Virus record (IMG/VR): IMGVR_UViG_3300037692_000224
Span: 1 to 36,898 of that record
Reading direction: 5' to 3' (one strand)
Source: a virus
Lineage: Duplodnaviria > Caudoviricetes
DNA length: 36,898 nt
Part shown: in pieces, positions 25,878 through 36,054 of the stretch
How positions within the stretch are numbered: position 1 is the first letter of the stretch
Layout of the letters: each line of letters begins with the position of its first letter
Position numbers and translations under genes: made by a program
The notes under the pieces: model-generated
The model's database searches: none
What the model saw: only the letters and a program-made list of their open reading frames with translations
What the model was told of the DNA's origin: nothing

Positions 25878-27609
25878 CGCCAAAGTAGCCATAGAATTGT
25901 ATGTCGATGACCAGGGCACCCTGCGAATGAAGGAATTTTCCGCTAAATCGCAAGAAGAGTTCCGCAAGGTCGAGCAGACGGGTTCAGGCGCTGCCGAAAA
26001 ACTAAAAGCATCCTGGGAGAGTGTCAAAGGGGCCTGGTTGGGGATCGTGGCCGGGATCATGGCCATGCGGGAGGCGTGGGACCTTGTGAATCTTGCGGCA
26101 AAAGCCGATGAGCAAAAGCGTTCTTTTGCCTCTCTTGCAGCGTCATATGGAGCTAGTGCAGATCAGATAATTGCCGATCTTAAGAGGGTGAGCGGTGGCA
26201 CTGTCGATACAATGACCCTGGTTAAAAACGCCGGTACTGCCATGATGATGGGCATTGCGCCTGATAATGTGGTCCAGTTGATGAAAATTGCCGGAGCAAC
26301 TGCAAAGATGACCGGCCAGAGCACCGTCAAGGCCTTTGAGGATATCACCCTGGCTGTCGGACGTCAGTCAAAAATGATCCTGGATAATCTCGGTATCATC
26401 CTTGATGTTGATAAGGCAAACGAAGAGTATGCCACATCACTTGGTAAAACAGCGGTTCAACTTACAGACGTGGAACGAAAACAGGCGTTTATGGTAGCAA
26501 CGATGAAAGCCGGTGGTGAGTTGATGGACAAACTCGGACGGCAGACCGACACGGCCTCAGAGAGACTGGCTCGGTTTGCTACCACGGCGACTGATGTGAA
26601 AATGGTTGTGGGTGATTTGCTGCTTCGCGCTTTCAACCTGGTTGAATCGGTAATCTACCGCGCCGGATCGGCCACCTGGTATCTCTTAGGGGCATTTAGT
26701 CCTCTGGTTATGGTTGCCGGCGCACTGACGGACGCGCTGCATATAACCTCGGGGGCGGCTGAAGACTGGGCGCAGAAAACCAAATTCGCCATGGACACCG
26801 CAAACGAAATGAGCGGAAAGGCAAACCTGGCATGGAAGGATATGATTTCCACTAACGATCTCGCCACGGCTGCGCAAAAAAAATATGCCGTCCAGGTTGC
26901 AGGCACCACTGAGGCCATGCAAGAACAGGAGAAATCCCGGCAAAAAATCCTCGATAAGCACAAAAGCGAAGCCGAAAAGAAAGCAGCAGCCGAGAAGGAA
27001 ATGTACGAAGAGGCTGGCTTTGGAGCTGAAAAATATTTTACTGAGGAAGCAAACGAGCTGGTCCGTAAATCAATCAGGTGGAAAGAGGCCGGGGCTAACA
27101 TATATGAGGTTGAGCAGTGGCTGTATAACCAGATCGGCGAGCTTTCAGCCGATGCCTATGAGAAAGGCGAACTTGCCGCCGGATTGGCTATGGACGCGAT
27201 GCAGGATAGATCCCGAACCTTAGCCGACGAGTTTACCGAAAAAACCTTACAGATAGAAAGCCAGCTGGCAGCTGTAGGGGTAACGGTCGAAAACCTGGAC
27301 GGCCAGACCATCGGCCTACGGGCAAGCTTTGACGGCAGTTCCGTGGTCACCGGCATTGACGGCCTGATTGATAAGTTTGAGAAACTGCGCATGGCAGCGT
27401 CCTCTGCACCTTCTACGTCAACAGCGTCATCATCGCCCGAACAAGGCAGCTTTCAAAATTCCGACACCTCTCTCTCCGCCTCACAAGTGGCAGCTGCAGA
27501 GGCCAGTTATTACAACAGCAACGTCACTGTCAACGTCAATCAGCAGGTTTCCCGCTCCGATGTCAATGCCATCGTCAATGAGCAAAAACGCCTGGAGGAT
27601 CGGTCATGA
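25864..27609 (+). CDS. Tail tape measure protein
   Basis: 581 aa Ala-rich helical protein with LDNLGI motif, in the canonical position. Confidence 0.85.
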   Translation: MPTTNAKVAIELYVDDQGTLRMKEFSAKSQEEFRKVEQTGSGAAEKLKASWESVKGAWLGIVAGIMAMREAWDLVNLAAKADEQKRSFASLAASYGASADQIIADLKRVSGGTVDTMTLVKNAGTAMMMGIAPDNVVQLMKIAGATAKMTGQSTVKAFEDITLAVGRQSKMILDNLGIILDVDKANEEYATSLGKTAVQLTDVERKQAFMVATMKAGGELMDKLGRQTDTASERLARFATTATDVKMVVGDLLLRAFNLVESVIYRAGSATWYLLGAFSPLVMVAGALTDALHITSGAAEDWAQKTKFAMDTANEMSGKANLAWKDMISTNDLATAAQKKYAVQVAGTTEAMQEQEKSRQKILDKHKSEAEKKAAAEKEMYEEAGFGAEKYFTEEANELVRKSIRWKEAGANIYEVEQWLYNQIGELSADAYEKGELAAGLAMDAMQDRSRTLADEFTEKTLQIESQLAAVGVTVENLDGQTIGLRASFDGSSVVTGIDGLIDKFEKLRMAASSAPSTSTASSSPEQGSFQNSDTSLSASQVAAAEASYYNSNVTVNVNQQVSRSDVNAIVNEQKRLEDRS

Positions 27610-27971
27610 ACCCTCGTTTTGAACTTGGTGCAAACGTTTTGCAGTTTACCAAAGGCATCCGCTACCCTGTTTCTCGACCTGTGGAAAAGATCCAGGTTAT
27701 TGATCGGACAGGCGGCGGCTCGCTGCAAATCGAGGAACTGGGCATAACCATCAGCACCTTCCCTATTGTCTTCAGAGGCCTGCCCCTGGCCGATTATCAG
27801 GGCTTGAAAACCTGGCACAACACCATCAGCAACGGTGCCGCCAATCAATTTACCTACTACGATGAAGAGGGCGTTACCCATACCGTGCGGCTGCTGACAA
27901 CCAAAATTGATTTTACCGAGACCTCCTATCATCGGTTTGCAGGCGAATTACTCCTTGAGGTAGTCGGATGA
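27606..27971 (+). CDS. Putative distal tail protein
   Basis: 121 aa beta-rich ORF coupled (ATGA) to the tape measure gene. Confidence 0.6.
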   Translation: MNPRFELGANVLQFTKGIRYPVSRPVEKIQVIDRTGGGSLQIEELGITISTFPIVFRGLPLADYQGLKTWHNTISNGAANQFTYYDEEGVTHTVRLLTTKIDFTETSYHRFAGELLLEVVG

Positions 27972-30900
27972 GAACCGATCTGACCGCAGGATTTATCAGC
28001 GCCAAAAACGCCAGCTTCAGACGGCCACGGCAGCTGCTGGTCTTTAAGTTTCCCGAGGCCGGTAACGTCTATATCTCCGACCAGAAACTCGGTGCAGCCG
28101 ATGGACTGAGCAACGAGTATCAGCCGTTAGTTGAAAGTTGGGGTGAACTGCAGGATTCGGCTGGCGATGCCACGGCGGCAGATAACGGCGAGATCCGGCA
28201 GATGACTGTTACCTTGTGGAACGGCGGGGAAAACCCTTTCTCTGATTATTTCCTGGCAGAGTATCCCGAAAACGTTGAAGCTGAGCTGTACCAATGGTTT
28301 GCCGGTTTGCCCGAGTCGAGCAAAGCCTTGATCGACCGTTTTGTAGTACAGGACCCCATCGAATTTGACGAAGCCAGCAGGCTGTTAACCCTTGACCTGG
28401 TTTCCTTGTCAATCCTTTATGAACAGCCCTGCGGCGAGCTGATCACCCGCGAGGCATGGCCGTATGCTGCCGACAGTGATATTGGCAAGGGTATTCCCCA
28501 GGCTTTCGGCAACACCGGCAGGATTCCGGCGCTGAAAGGTAAAACGACGCAGACTCTCCGGCTGCATGGTTCGGTCTTGGCGAACACTATGGTTTTGCCG
28601 GTGTACGAGAATCTGGATGATCTGCTTTTTCCTGCCACCGGAACCGTAATAATAGAAGAAGAAAAAATCCGCTACAGCGGGCGGACCGCCTCGGCTTTGA
28701 CGGTAATTCAAAGAGGCTATCTAAGCGCGGCAGTCGAACACCTGGACAAGCGGGAAATCATCTCGGTAATCAGCGACTATACGTTTCCTCTTTGCGCCGG
28801 TCCAGTGGCCTCTATCGCCAATGTGATGATCGAGGGGTTTCCGGCACCGGCTGGAATTTACACCGTGCGCCCGGACTTGGACCCGGCAAGGGTTATTTTC
28901 AGTGAAAAACCCTGGGTGAAAAAATACGGTGAATCGACCCGATTTCTTGAAATGCAGTTTGACGGGATTACCACCAGTAACACCGCCCTGCAACCTGCCA
29001 ACGCCTATGATGCGGCTGATCTGGCAACCGCCGCTTGTATCAAGCCCGGCAATGCAGTTTTAGGCCTGCGTCAGGTCACGGCAAACACCAATCGCGGCGA
29101 GATTTTAAAAGCCTACCTTGCGGTCGAACACTGGGCCAGCGGTAAAATCTTAGCTGATTTTTGTGAAGTGTGGGTTTCAGGTGTGGGAGTGGTAGGCAGA
29201 TTGTCACGGCCAAATCCAAACGATGAGCTTGCCCTTGATGCCGATGTCGATATTGATCATCCGCATCAACACAGTATAGGGGCAGAGCATCGTCATACCT
29301 ATAACGCCCCTGTTGTAGCGGCAAGCAATCCGCTGCATGGTCACGCATCAACTGTTAGCGGGGCAACGGTTCACGATTCGGGCTTAATCAACGGCTCTTC
29401 CGGTTATCCCTTTCTCACATTTGTTTATCTAGACGATAAAGTCCTGACGTTGACCTATGGCGCAACTGGCCCGCAGTTGTCGCAATCCATCAGAATCAGA
29501 TTTCTAAACCTTGGGGCGGGAAATATCCGGTTTAGAGTTGGAGGCACTGTTTTTCCAACTGTATCGGTTACATGGCAAAGCAGTGTCGAAGAGGTAGATC
29601 AAACAATAAACCTGCCGCCTGGAACAACAACGGCGTATCTTGATGTTTACCACGGGAATATTGTTAACGGTGGACTTCGGTTGATGGATGCCACTATCAG
29701 CTCCCAACTAACAGGGGCGATATCAAACACCGGCGCAGGGGTAACGGCCAGTGTGACCAATCCCGGCAGTGTCGCGAATCAAGGCGCCGATTTATACAAC
29801 GAGCCGATCAAAGCAGCTGACGACGTAGCAAACCTGGCAACGGCTAATCGAGCCGTAAACATCGAAACTCAAGCCAATCCATCGCGGACCGTAGTCAACT
29901 TGTTTGATCTGACCAGCTTTGTCAATTTCAACTGGGCTTGGTTTACCAGCCGGGAAGTCAAAGTCACCTACACCAATGCGGGAGACAACCAAGCTGTCTA
30001 TATCCTCCACGCCTTTTTCGATGTTGAGTATGTGCCAACCGAAGTGGTTTATTCCGATGAGATAACCGCCGAAGTGACCAGCCTCTCCGATTGCATCCGT
30101 CCAGATCTGGCAATTAAAAAGCTGTTGACAACCAGGGCCGGGGTAGCTGCCGCCGATTTTGACAGCGCCTCGTTTACCGCTATCGCGGCAAAGTTCACCG
30201 AGCGTGGCTATCGCCTGGACGGCCTTATCGAAGCTGACGCCACTTTGCGGGATGCCATAAAACGCATTTGCTACCAGAGCCATAGCCGGTTCTTCACTTC
30301 AGGCGGCAAGCTGAAAATGGTTCTGAGAGAAGGACACCCGGCAAGTAAGCCGGTTACGCGCCAGCTCACCGCCGATAATCTACAATTACGCTCTATCTCT
30401 GCCTCACGGCAACCGATGCGGGAGATTTCCAACCGGGTGCAGTTGTTTTTTAAGCGTGATTGGACAGCCAGCGATTCGTCAACATCCGGGTTTCTCGACT
30501 CCGTGACCCGTGAAGATGCTGGGTCAATCGGCAAGTTCGGCCTTAAAGCCAAAGCGGACAGCTATAATTTCGACCTCATCAGAGATATAGCAATGGCCGG
30601 GAAAGTGGCCGATTTCTATCTGATGACCGACGCTTGGCCTTCGACCTTTTATACCTTTCAGGCCTATCTCGATCAATTCGACCTGGAAAAGGAGGATTTA
30701 ATCGAGGTTTCAGCCGGTTTCAACCAGATGAACAAAGTTCCGATGGTTGTAAGGGCCATGAATCGACAGTTCGGCTCGGGCAAAAATTCGTCAATTAACC
30801 TGCTCCGGATCGTCGCCGAAAACCTGTTCTACCTCCTCTCTAAGGTAAGCCGGACAGACGCAGTACTGATCATGGACGCACTATCAATCATGATTACCGA

Positions 30901-31345
30901 GATAGGCGATTATGCAGAGGTAGTACATGCTCTGGAACAGTTGGTGGTCCGCCTGAACGTGAGCAGAACCGACGAAGCAGCCGTTGCCGATCTGCTCCTC
31001 GTCATATGGGAAATGCGCCAGAATCTGGCGGAGGCGGTCACGGCCACGGCTGCGGTACATGCCGACCAAACCTCAGAGCGTAACGATACAGTTGTGATTG
31101 GTGATTTCCCTGAGGCATGGTCGGTGTACGGCTTTGGTAGCGGCGGCTTCGGCCAGGTGCCGTTTGGTGGTTTGTCGGCCTGGAAGCAAAAACACCCGGA
31201 TCAAATTTCTATTTTCGAACGGCTAATCACGGCTCTGAGTGTTTATCGGGCTTCGGCGGTTGTACCTTCAGAAACTCTACTAATCGGCAGCGGTTTCGGC
31301 GGCAAGCTGAGCAGCGGCTTCGGCCTCTCTCCATTTGGGGGTTGA
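27968..31345 (+). CDS. Large tail tip / hub protein
   Basis: 1125 aa, GKGIPQAFG motif, position after the distal tail gene; central His-rich and beta-rich insert. Confidence 0.75.
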   Translation: MRTDLTAGFISAKNASFRRPRQLLVFKFPEAGNVYISDQKLGAADGLSNEYQPLVESWGELQDSAGDATAADNGEIRQMTVTLWNGGENPFSDYFLAEYPENVEAELYQWFAGLPESSKALIDRFVVQDPIEFDEASRLLTLDLVSLSILYEQPCGELITREAWPYAADSDIGKGIPQAFGNTGRIPALKGKTTQTLRLHGSVLANTMVLPVYENLDDLLFPATGTVIIEEEKIRYSGRTASALTVIQRGYLSAAVEHLDKREIISVISDYTFPLCAGPVASIANVMIEGFPAPAGIYTVRPDLDPARVIFSEKPWVKKYGESTRFLEMQFDGITTSNTALQPANAYDAADLATAACIKPGNAVLGLRQVTANTNRGEILKAYLAVEHWASGKILADFCEVWVSGVGVVGRLSRPNPNDELALDADVDIDHPHQHSIGAEHRHTYNAPVVAASNPLHGHASTVSGATVHDSGLINGSSGYPFLTFVYLDDKVLTLTYGATGPQLSQSIRIRFLNLGAGNIRFRVGGTVFPTVSVTWQSSVEEVDQTINLPPGTTTAYLDVYHGNIVNGGLRLMDATISSQLTGAISNTGAGVTASVTNPGSVANQGADLYNEPIKAADDVANLATANRAVNIETQANPSRTVVNLFDLTSFVNFNWAWFTSREVKVTYTNAGDNQAVYILHAFFDVEYVPTEVVYSDEITAEVTSLSDCIRPDLAIKKLLTTRAGVAAADFDSASFTAIAAKFTERGYRLDGLIEADATLRDAIKRICYQSHSRFFTSGGKLKMVLREGHPASKPVTRQLTADNLQLRSISASRQPMREISNRVQLFFKRDWTASDSSTSGFLDSVTREDAGSIGKFGLKAKADSYNFDLIRDIAMAGKVADFYLMTDAWPSTFYTFQAYLDQFDLEKEDLIEVSAGFNQMNKVPMVVRAMNRQFGSGKNSSINLLRIVAENLFYLLSKVSRTDAVLIMDALSIMITEIGDYAEVVHALEQLVVRLNVSRTDEAAVADLLLVIWEMRQNLAEAVTATAAVHADQTSERNDTVVIGDFPEAWSVYGFGSGGFGQVPFGGLSAWKQKHPDQISIFERLITALSVYRASAVVPSETLLIGSGFGGKLSSGFGLSPFGG

Positions 31346-31346
31346 T

Positions 31347-31598
31347 ATGTTTGGTAGGATTAAACCACAGGACATACTCGGCGTAACCGTACAGGCAGCG
31401 ATTAGGGTTTATTGCGCTCACTGCCGGCAACATGTTTTTTATCTAAAAAAAGAAACCGGCGGCGTCCGTGTCGATAACCTGGCGCCGCTGAAAAATGGGC
31501 AACGGCCCGCTAACTTTAGATGTCCGGCATGTAGCCAGGACATCCGGGCCTATGCCCCGGAGCCAACGCTTAGGACTGGCAAGGGGTATTGGAAATAA
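31347..31598 (+). CDS. Small zinc-finger protein
   Basis: CAHC and CPAC motifs; ATG 1 nt after the upstream stop. Confidence 0.55.
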   Translation: MFGRIKPQDILGVTVQAAIRVYCAHCRQHVFYLKKETGGVRVDNLAPLKNGQRPANFRCPACSQDIRAYAPEPTLRTGKGYWK

Positions 31599-31668
31599 GG
31601 GGAATGACCGTCGTGATGACAGGGCAGACCCCCAATCTACTGTCGAGATGACAGAAGGGAAGGCAAAA

Positions 31669-32223
31669 ATGAGTATTAAGAAAAAATTGTTAAAATGGTG
31701 TGTGTTTCAGCTTCAGGCCCTGCTGCTGGTTTTTGCGAGCTGGGCGAATTTTAAGGCGGCGCTTTCCGCCATGGCCGATGGTATTAATCCGGTGGGCAGG
31801 GTCCATTTCATCATCAAGGATAAATTTGGCCGGGTGCGCTATGACTGCTGGCACCCTAATCTGGTTGTCAGCACAGGCAAAAATCATATAGCCGATCAGC
31901 TGGCAAACCGCCAGGAAGCGCAGATGTCGCATATGGCAGTAGGGACAGGGACAACAACACCCCTGGCTACTGATACTGCGCTGATAACCGAACTAGACCG
32001 AAATGCTCTCGACAGCCGAACGCAGGGCAGCGGGGCCGATGCTAATAAGGTGACGTATATTTGCACCTGGGCGGCGGGAGACGGCACCGGAGCTATCACC
32101 GAAGCGGGGATTTTTAACAGCGCCTCCGCTGGGCAGATGCTTTGTCGCTCTGTTTTTCCGGTCAAAAATAAAGAAGTCGGTGAGTCCATGGTCATGACCT
32201 GGATACTCACCATCTCGGCGTAA
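31669..32223 (+). CDS. Tail-associated protein (fibre attachment-like)
   Basis: NLVVSTG, MAVGTGTT...DTAL..EL and ITEAGIFN motifs resemble tail fibre N-terminal/collar domains; the start codon is uncertain. Confidence 0.7.
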   Translation: MSIKKKLLKWCVFQLQALLLVFASWANFKAALSAMADGINPVGRVHFIIKDKFGRVRYDCWHPNLVVSTGKNHIADQLANRQEAQMSHMAVGTGTTTPLATDTALITELDRNALDSRTQGSGADANKVTYICTWAAGDGTGAITEAGIFNSASAGQMLCRSVFPVKNKEVGESMVMTWILTISA

Positions 32224-32234
32224 GGGGGTCAATC

Positions 32235-33761
32235 ATGGCTAATAGCTATACAAATCGGTTGAAAAAACGTCTGCCTGCTGTCGCCGATCCTGGCTGGGGC
32301 GATGAATGGCATGATAACGAAAAGATTGACGATGTCATACAAGGGGCATTGCTGACCGTCAACCGGGTTATTTCGGGCGGTGCGGTGACGGATGGCGGCG
32401 GCTTAACTGTCGATTATACTGATGCTGTTATCCGGCTGGCCGGGGCGCAACTAGATATCGTCGCCGGTAATGTGGCGTTGACTGGCGCACAGGCAGGGGC
32501 ACAGCTGTCCAACTGGCTGTATATCAACGACAGCGGCGCGGTGACGGTTTCCTTGACACCGCCTTCCGGTAATTATATTCCCCTGGCCCTGATTAATACC
32601 GATAGCGTCGGTATCGCGGTCGATGGCGGTGGTAACCCGCTGATTGCGGACCTTCGACCGATGACCGAGGCCGTTTATTTTGCGCCTCCAACTCTTGCCG
32701 ATGCCGGTAAAGCATTGACGGTTATGCCTGATCAGTCGCTTGCTTACCAACAATTTTTAGCTCTCTATCCAACGTTTTACCAGCGGACAGATCCCTTTGC
32801 CATAGTCGCGGCTGGAACAGCTGCCGGACGGCGCAGTCTCCTCACCCCCTCAGCGTTGGGGCTGGTTGTCAACTCTGCATTGTTAACATTCTCTCAATTA
32901 ACAATTGACCTCTCCTTAACGGCCAGCTGGGACAGCATCACCCCGACAAACTATACAGTTGCGGCAAGCCGTGCCGGGAAGAATTTCTACATTTATGCTA
33001 TCGCTGACGGTTTATTGATCTCTGCTAATTCAACTGTCCCTGCAGGGTATACAGCTGATAATAGTCGCAAAGTCGGCGGCTTTCATTGCCTCTGTGTAAA
33101 TGTGGGAACCATTTCAGGCCATCCCCTAACCGGCTTTTTAGCAGGTGATATACTCCCGGCCTCCGTTTGGGATCTTGCACATCGTCCGGTCTGTTCGCCA
33201 GAGGGGATGGTCTATAGTACAGGTAACGGATTATGGGTGGATATCTATCTGCAATCAGGCACAGGGACAAACACGGCGAGCGCCTACGGTGCAACAATCA
33301 CCGATACCCGAGATTGGATGGATTTCGTTGATGACTTGAGGGCCGTGAGCAAACGCCTGTTGACGGACCCTGAGTTCCAGGACATCGCCGCAGGCTCAAA
33401 TGAGGAAACAAATATTACCGGATCTGCAGATCCGGTAACCACAGGTGGGCATATCGATACGGCAGGGCGCAGGATGATTTCAGCAATTGGCTGTGAAGAT
33501 TGCTGCGGGGTTTTAAATCAATGGTTACAGGACCAATCCTTCAGGGCGGAAGCTAGCCAGACGTTTGCCTGGTTTGATCTCCCTGGAGCAAAAGGCAGTC
33601 TGTATATGCAAGGCGCTTTTGGGGACGTTAAGCTGGTCGCGGGTGGTAATTGGGCGATTGGTTCGTATTGCGGGTCGCGGTCGCGTAATGCGAATAGCTA
33701 TCGCTGGTCTACGAATGCGGTTATCGGTTCTCGCGGCTGCGCCCAACGCCAGGGAGCGTAA
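32235..33761 (+). CDS. Tail fibre / receptor-binding protein, DGR target with C-terminal CLec-like domain
   Basis: Mtd-like motifs SVWDL.HRP...EGMV, WVDIYL, GCEDCCGVLNQW and GGNW...GSRG; contains the variable repeat. Confidence 0.88.
   Translation: MANSYTNRLKKRLPAVADPGWGDEWHDNEKIDDVIQGALLTVNRVISGGAVTDGGGLTVDYTDAVIRLAGAQLDIVAGNVALTGAQAGAQLSNWLYINDSGAVTVSLTPPSGNYIPLALINTDSVGIAVDGGGNPLIADLRPMTEAVYFAPPTLADAGKALTVMPDQSLAYQQFLALYPTFYQRTDPFAIVAAGTAAGRRSLLTPSALGLVVNSALLTFSQLTIDLSLTASWDSITPTNYTVAASRAGKNFYIYAIADGLLISANSTVPAGYTADNSRKVGGFHCLCVNVGTISGHPLTGFLAGDILPASVWDLAHRPVCSPEGMVYSTGNGLWVDIYLQSGTGTNTASAYGATITDTRDWMDFVDDLRAVSKRLLTDPEFQDIAAGSNEETNITGSADPVTTGGHIDTAGRRMISAIGCEDCCGVLNQWLQDQSFRAEASQTFAWFDLPGAKGSLYMQGAFGDVKLVAGGNWAIGSYCGSRSRNANSYRWSTNAVIGSRGCAQRQGA
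33631..33744 (+). repeat. DGR variable repeat (VR)
   Basis: 114-bp ungapped match to 33804-33917 with 12 mismatches, all opposite TR adenines. Confidence 0.95.
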
Positions 33762-33803
33762 TTCGAGGCGATTATTTTTGAAGAAAGGGCAAATGCTATA
33801 GGC

Positions 33804-33917
33804 AGCTGGTCGCGGGTGGTAATTGGACGAATGGTTCGAATTGCAGGTCGCGGTCACGTAATGCGAATAACTATCGCTGGAATACGAATGCGAATATCGG
33901 TTCTCGCAGCTGCACCC
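33804..33917 (+). ncRNA. DGR template repeat (TR)
   Basis: Adenine-retaining copy of VR with nine AAY codons in the VR frame, located between target gene and RT. Confidence 0.93.
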
Positions 33918-34052
33918 GGATACAGGAACAGAAGTCAAACTCCCTGGCTGAGCATTTGTCCATGTTTATTAGGGCAACCAAAAGGCAAAATACACGACGG
34001 AGATTGCAGGCGGTTAGTAGGCATGACCGAAAGCCACCTGCAAAATTTAATT

Positions 34053-35063
34053 ATGGCACAAAGACACGGTAATTTATTTGCAAGCATTGTTGACAGTGGC
34101 AACCTCAGTGAAGCCCATGCCAGGGCCAGGAAGGGTAAGTCAGCCATGAGCAATGTGATAGATTTTGACCGCGATATTGAAGGGAATCTGAAGCGGGTCA
34201 GGCAGTCATTGATGGACAAAACGTTTACCACTTCAAAATATCAGGAAAAGTTGATTCATGTCCCAAAAACGAGAACTATCTATGTCTTGCCTTTCAAGCC
34301 CGACCGGATAGTCCAACACGCACTCATGCGAGTGGTTGAGCCGATTTGGGATAGGCTGATGATTAGCGACTCCTATGCTTGCAGAACAGGCAAAGGACAG
34401 CACACGGCAAGCAGGCGGACAATGGAATTTGTCCGTCAATATAAGTACTACCTTCAGGCTGATATTTCCAAGTTTTACCCGAGCATAGATCAGGCTATTC
34501 TAGCGGATATCGTCCGGCAAAAAATCAAATGCAAGGATACCTTGTGGTTAATAGACGATATCATTTACTCATTCCCCGGCGAAAAGAACGTGCCAATCGG
34601 CAACTATACTTCGCAATGGTTTGGTAATCTTTACCTGCATGAGCTGGACCGTACAGTCAAACACGTATATAAAATACCTGCTTACCTCAGGTACTGTGAT
34701 GATTTTTGCCTCTTCAGTAACGACAAGCGCCAGCTGCAGGAACTTAAAGAAACCATACGGGAATTTCTCGCGGAAAAGTTGAAACTTACCTATAGCTTTG
34801 CAGAAGTTTTTCCCACTAAACACGGGGTTGATTTCCTCGGATATCGGCACTTCCCTAAAGGTTATATCCTGCTCAGGAAGAGCACAGCCCAAAGGGTTAA
34901 ACGACGATTAAAGTTACTGCCGAAGCTGCTCGCCCTGGGGAAGGTCACGCCGGAACAATATCGCTCATCCCTTGCCTCGACAAGAGGCTGGTTAAAGTGG
35001 GCAAACACTCATAATTTGCAGGTTGCAACCTGCCTTGATCGATTGGAGGGAAAGCTGAAGTGA
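34053..35063 (+). CDS. DGR reverse transcriptase
   Basis: DRIVQHA, SYACRTGKGQH, ADISKFYPSI, PIGNYTSQWFGNLYL, YLRYCDDF and GVDFLGY; ~336 aa from the ATG at 34053, with no maturase or endonuclease extension. Confidence 0.95.
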   Translation: MAQRHGNLFASIVDSGNLSEAHARARKGKSAMSNVIDFDRDIEGNLKRVRQSLMDKTFTTSKYQEKLIHVPKTRTIYVLPFKPDRIVQHALMRVVEPIWDRLMISDSYACRTGKGQHTASRRTMEFVRQYKYYLQADISKFYPSIDQAILADIVRQKIKCKDTLWLIDDIIYSFPGEKNVPIGNYTSQWFGNLYLHELDRTVKHVYKIPAYLRYCDDFCLFSNDKRQLQELKETIREFLAEKLKLTYSFAEVFPTKHGVDFLGYRHFPKGYILLRKSTAQRVKRRLKLLPKLLALGKVTPEQYRSSLASTRGWLKWANTHNLQVATCLDRLEGKLK

Positions 35064-35353
35064 AAAGGTTCGCCGATTTTAATACAGACGCAAAACCACT
35101 AGACGGCGAAAAGATAAAAATCGATGACATACTTAATATGGAGGTCAACGTCATTGGTTACAACATTCGTAAAAGTAAGTACGACAAAAACGCTTCGGGG
35201 AAATGCCTTGGCCTGCAAATTGAAAAGGCTGGTGACCGCAGGCTGGTCTTTACCGGCTCTGATGTATTGATAGACCAGCTCGAAAGATACGGGGCGCAGA
35301 TCCCTTTCATTACGACAATACGCAAGATTGATCGATATTATACCCTCTCATAG
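35060..35353 (+). CDS. Small protein coupled to the RT, candidate DGR accessory factor
   Basis: GTGA overlap with the RT stop and SD GGAGG; beta-rich pattern, unlike the all-helical Avd. Confidence 0.7.
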   Translation: MKRFADFNTDAKPLDGEKIKIDDILNMEVNVIGYNIRKSKYDKNASGKCLGLQIEKAGDRRLVFTGSDVLIDQLERYGAQIPFITTIRKIDRYYTLS

Positions 35354-35362
35354 GATGACCAG

Positions 35363-36034
35363 ATGCTAAACACTAAATTTGATTATGAATATATAAAGGA
35401 CTCCAATCAACCCGATTGGATGCAGCAGTGGCTTAATTTGCTGGATAGCCGGTGGATTGTGAAGGACAACGAGCTTGTTGAGGATGCTAATGCACCTATT
35501 TTCAGAATGGGTTTCACTGTAGACAATATTACGACGATTACAGGACACGCAGGTTACACCCCAGGACAGCTTAAATGGTACACGTCACAGCCTGATCGAT
35601 ACCAGCTTATTAATAACGTGTATGTGCAGGTTGATGGATGGTCGGAAGCCAATGCTGCCGGGAAATTAAACGCAGCGCAAGCCGCGCGATGGGACGAAAT
35701 CAAAGCAGAGCGTGAGAAACGCATGAATGGAGGCTTTAAAGTCCAGGTTCAACCTGGTGTATATAAATGGTATCACTCCGACCAACCATCGCGGACCCAG
35801 CATTTAGGCTTAATCTTGGCCGGGGCATCTGTCCCACCCATCCCATGGAAAACGATGGATGGAACTTTTGAGGTTCTGACACCGGCAATTGTGACTGCTA
35901 TTTTCGCCAGTGCATTTGCCTTAGACACGGCGCTCTTTAACGTGGCCGAACAACACGAGGCGTTTATGATGTCTAGCCCGGACCCGGCATCTTACGACTT
36001 CTCGACAGGCTGGCCGGAGAAGTATGGTGACTAA
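35363..36034 (+). CDS. Tail fibre assembly-like protein (DUF4376-like C-terminus)
   Basis: WDEIKAERE...WYHSD...WKTMDGTF...YDFSTGWP motifs. Confidence 0.75.
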   Translation: MLNTKFDYEYIKDSNQPDWMQQWLNLLDSRWIVKDNELVEDANAPIFRMGFTVDNITTITGHAGYTPGQLKWYTSQPDRYQLINNVYVQVDGWSEANAAGKLNAAQAARWDEIKAEREKRMNGGFKVQVQPGVYKWYHSDQPSRTQHLGLILAGASVPPIPWKTMDGTFEVLTPAIVTAIFASAFALDTALFNVAEQHEAFMMSSPDPASYDFSTGWPEKYGD

Positions 36035-36054
36035 CTTTCAAATGGTGAACGGAT

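Noticed and set aside
31347-31598. Mu Com translational activator
   Set aside because: It has two CxxC motifs, but the spacing is longer than in Com and no mom gene follows.
33816-34052. 79 aa N-terminal extension of the RT ORF
   Set aside because: It is an off-frame reading of the TR and spacer; RT-like sequence starts at the ATG at 34053.
34053-35063. Group II intron or retron RT
   Set aside because: There is no maturase domain or msr/msd, and the adjacent TR/VR pair with adenine-only changes identifies a DGR.
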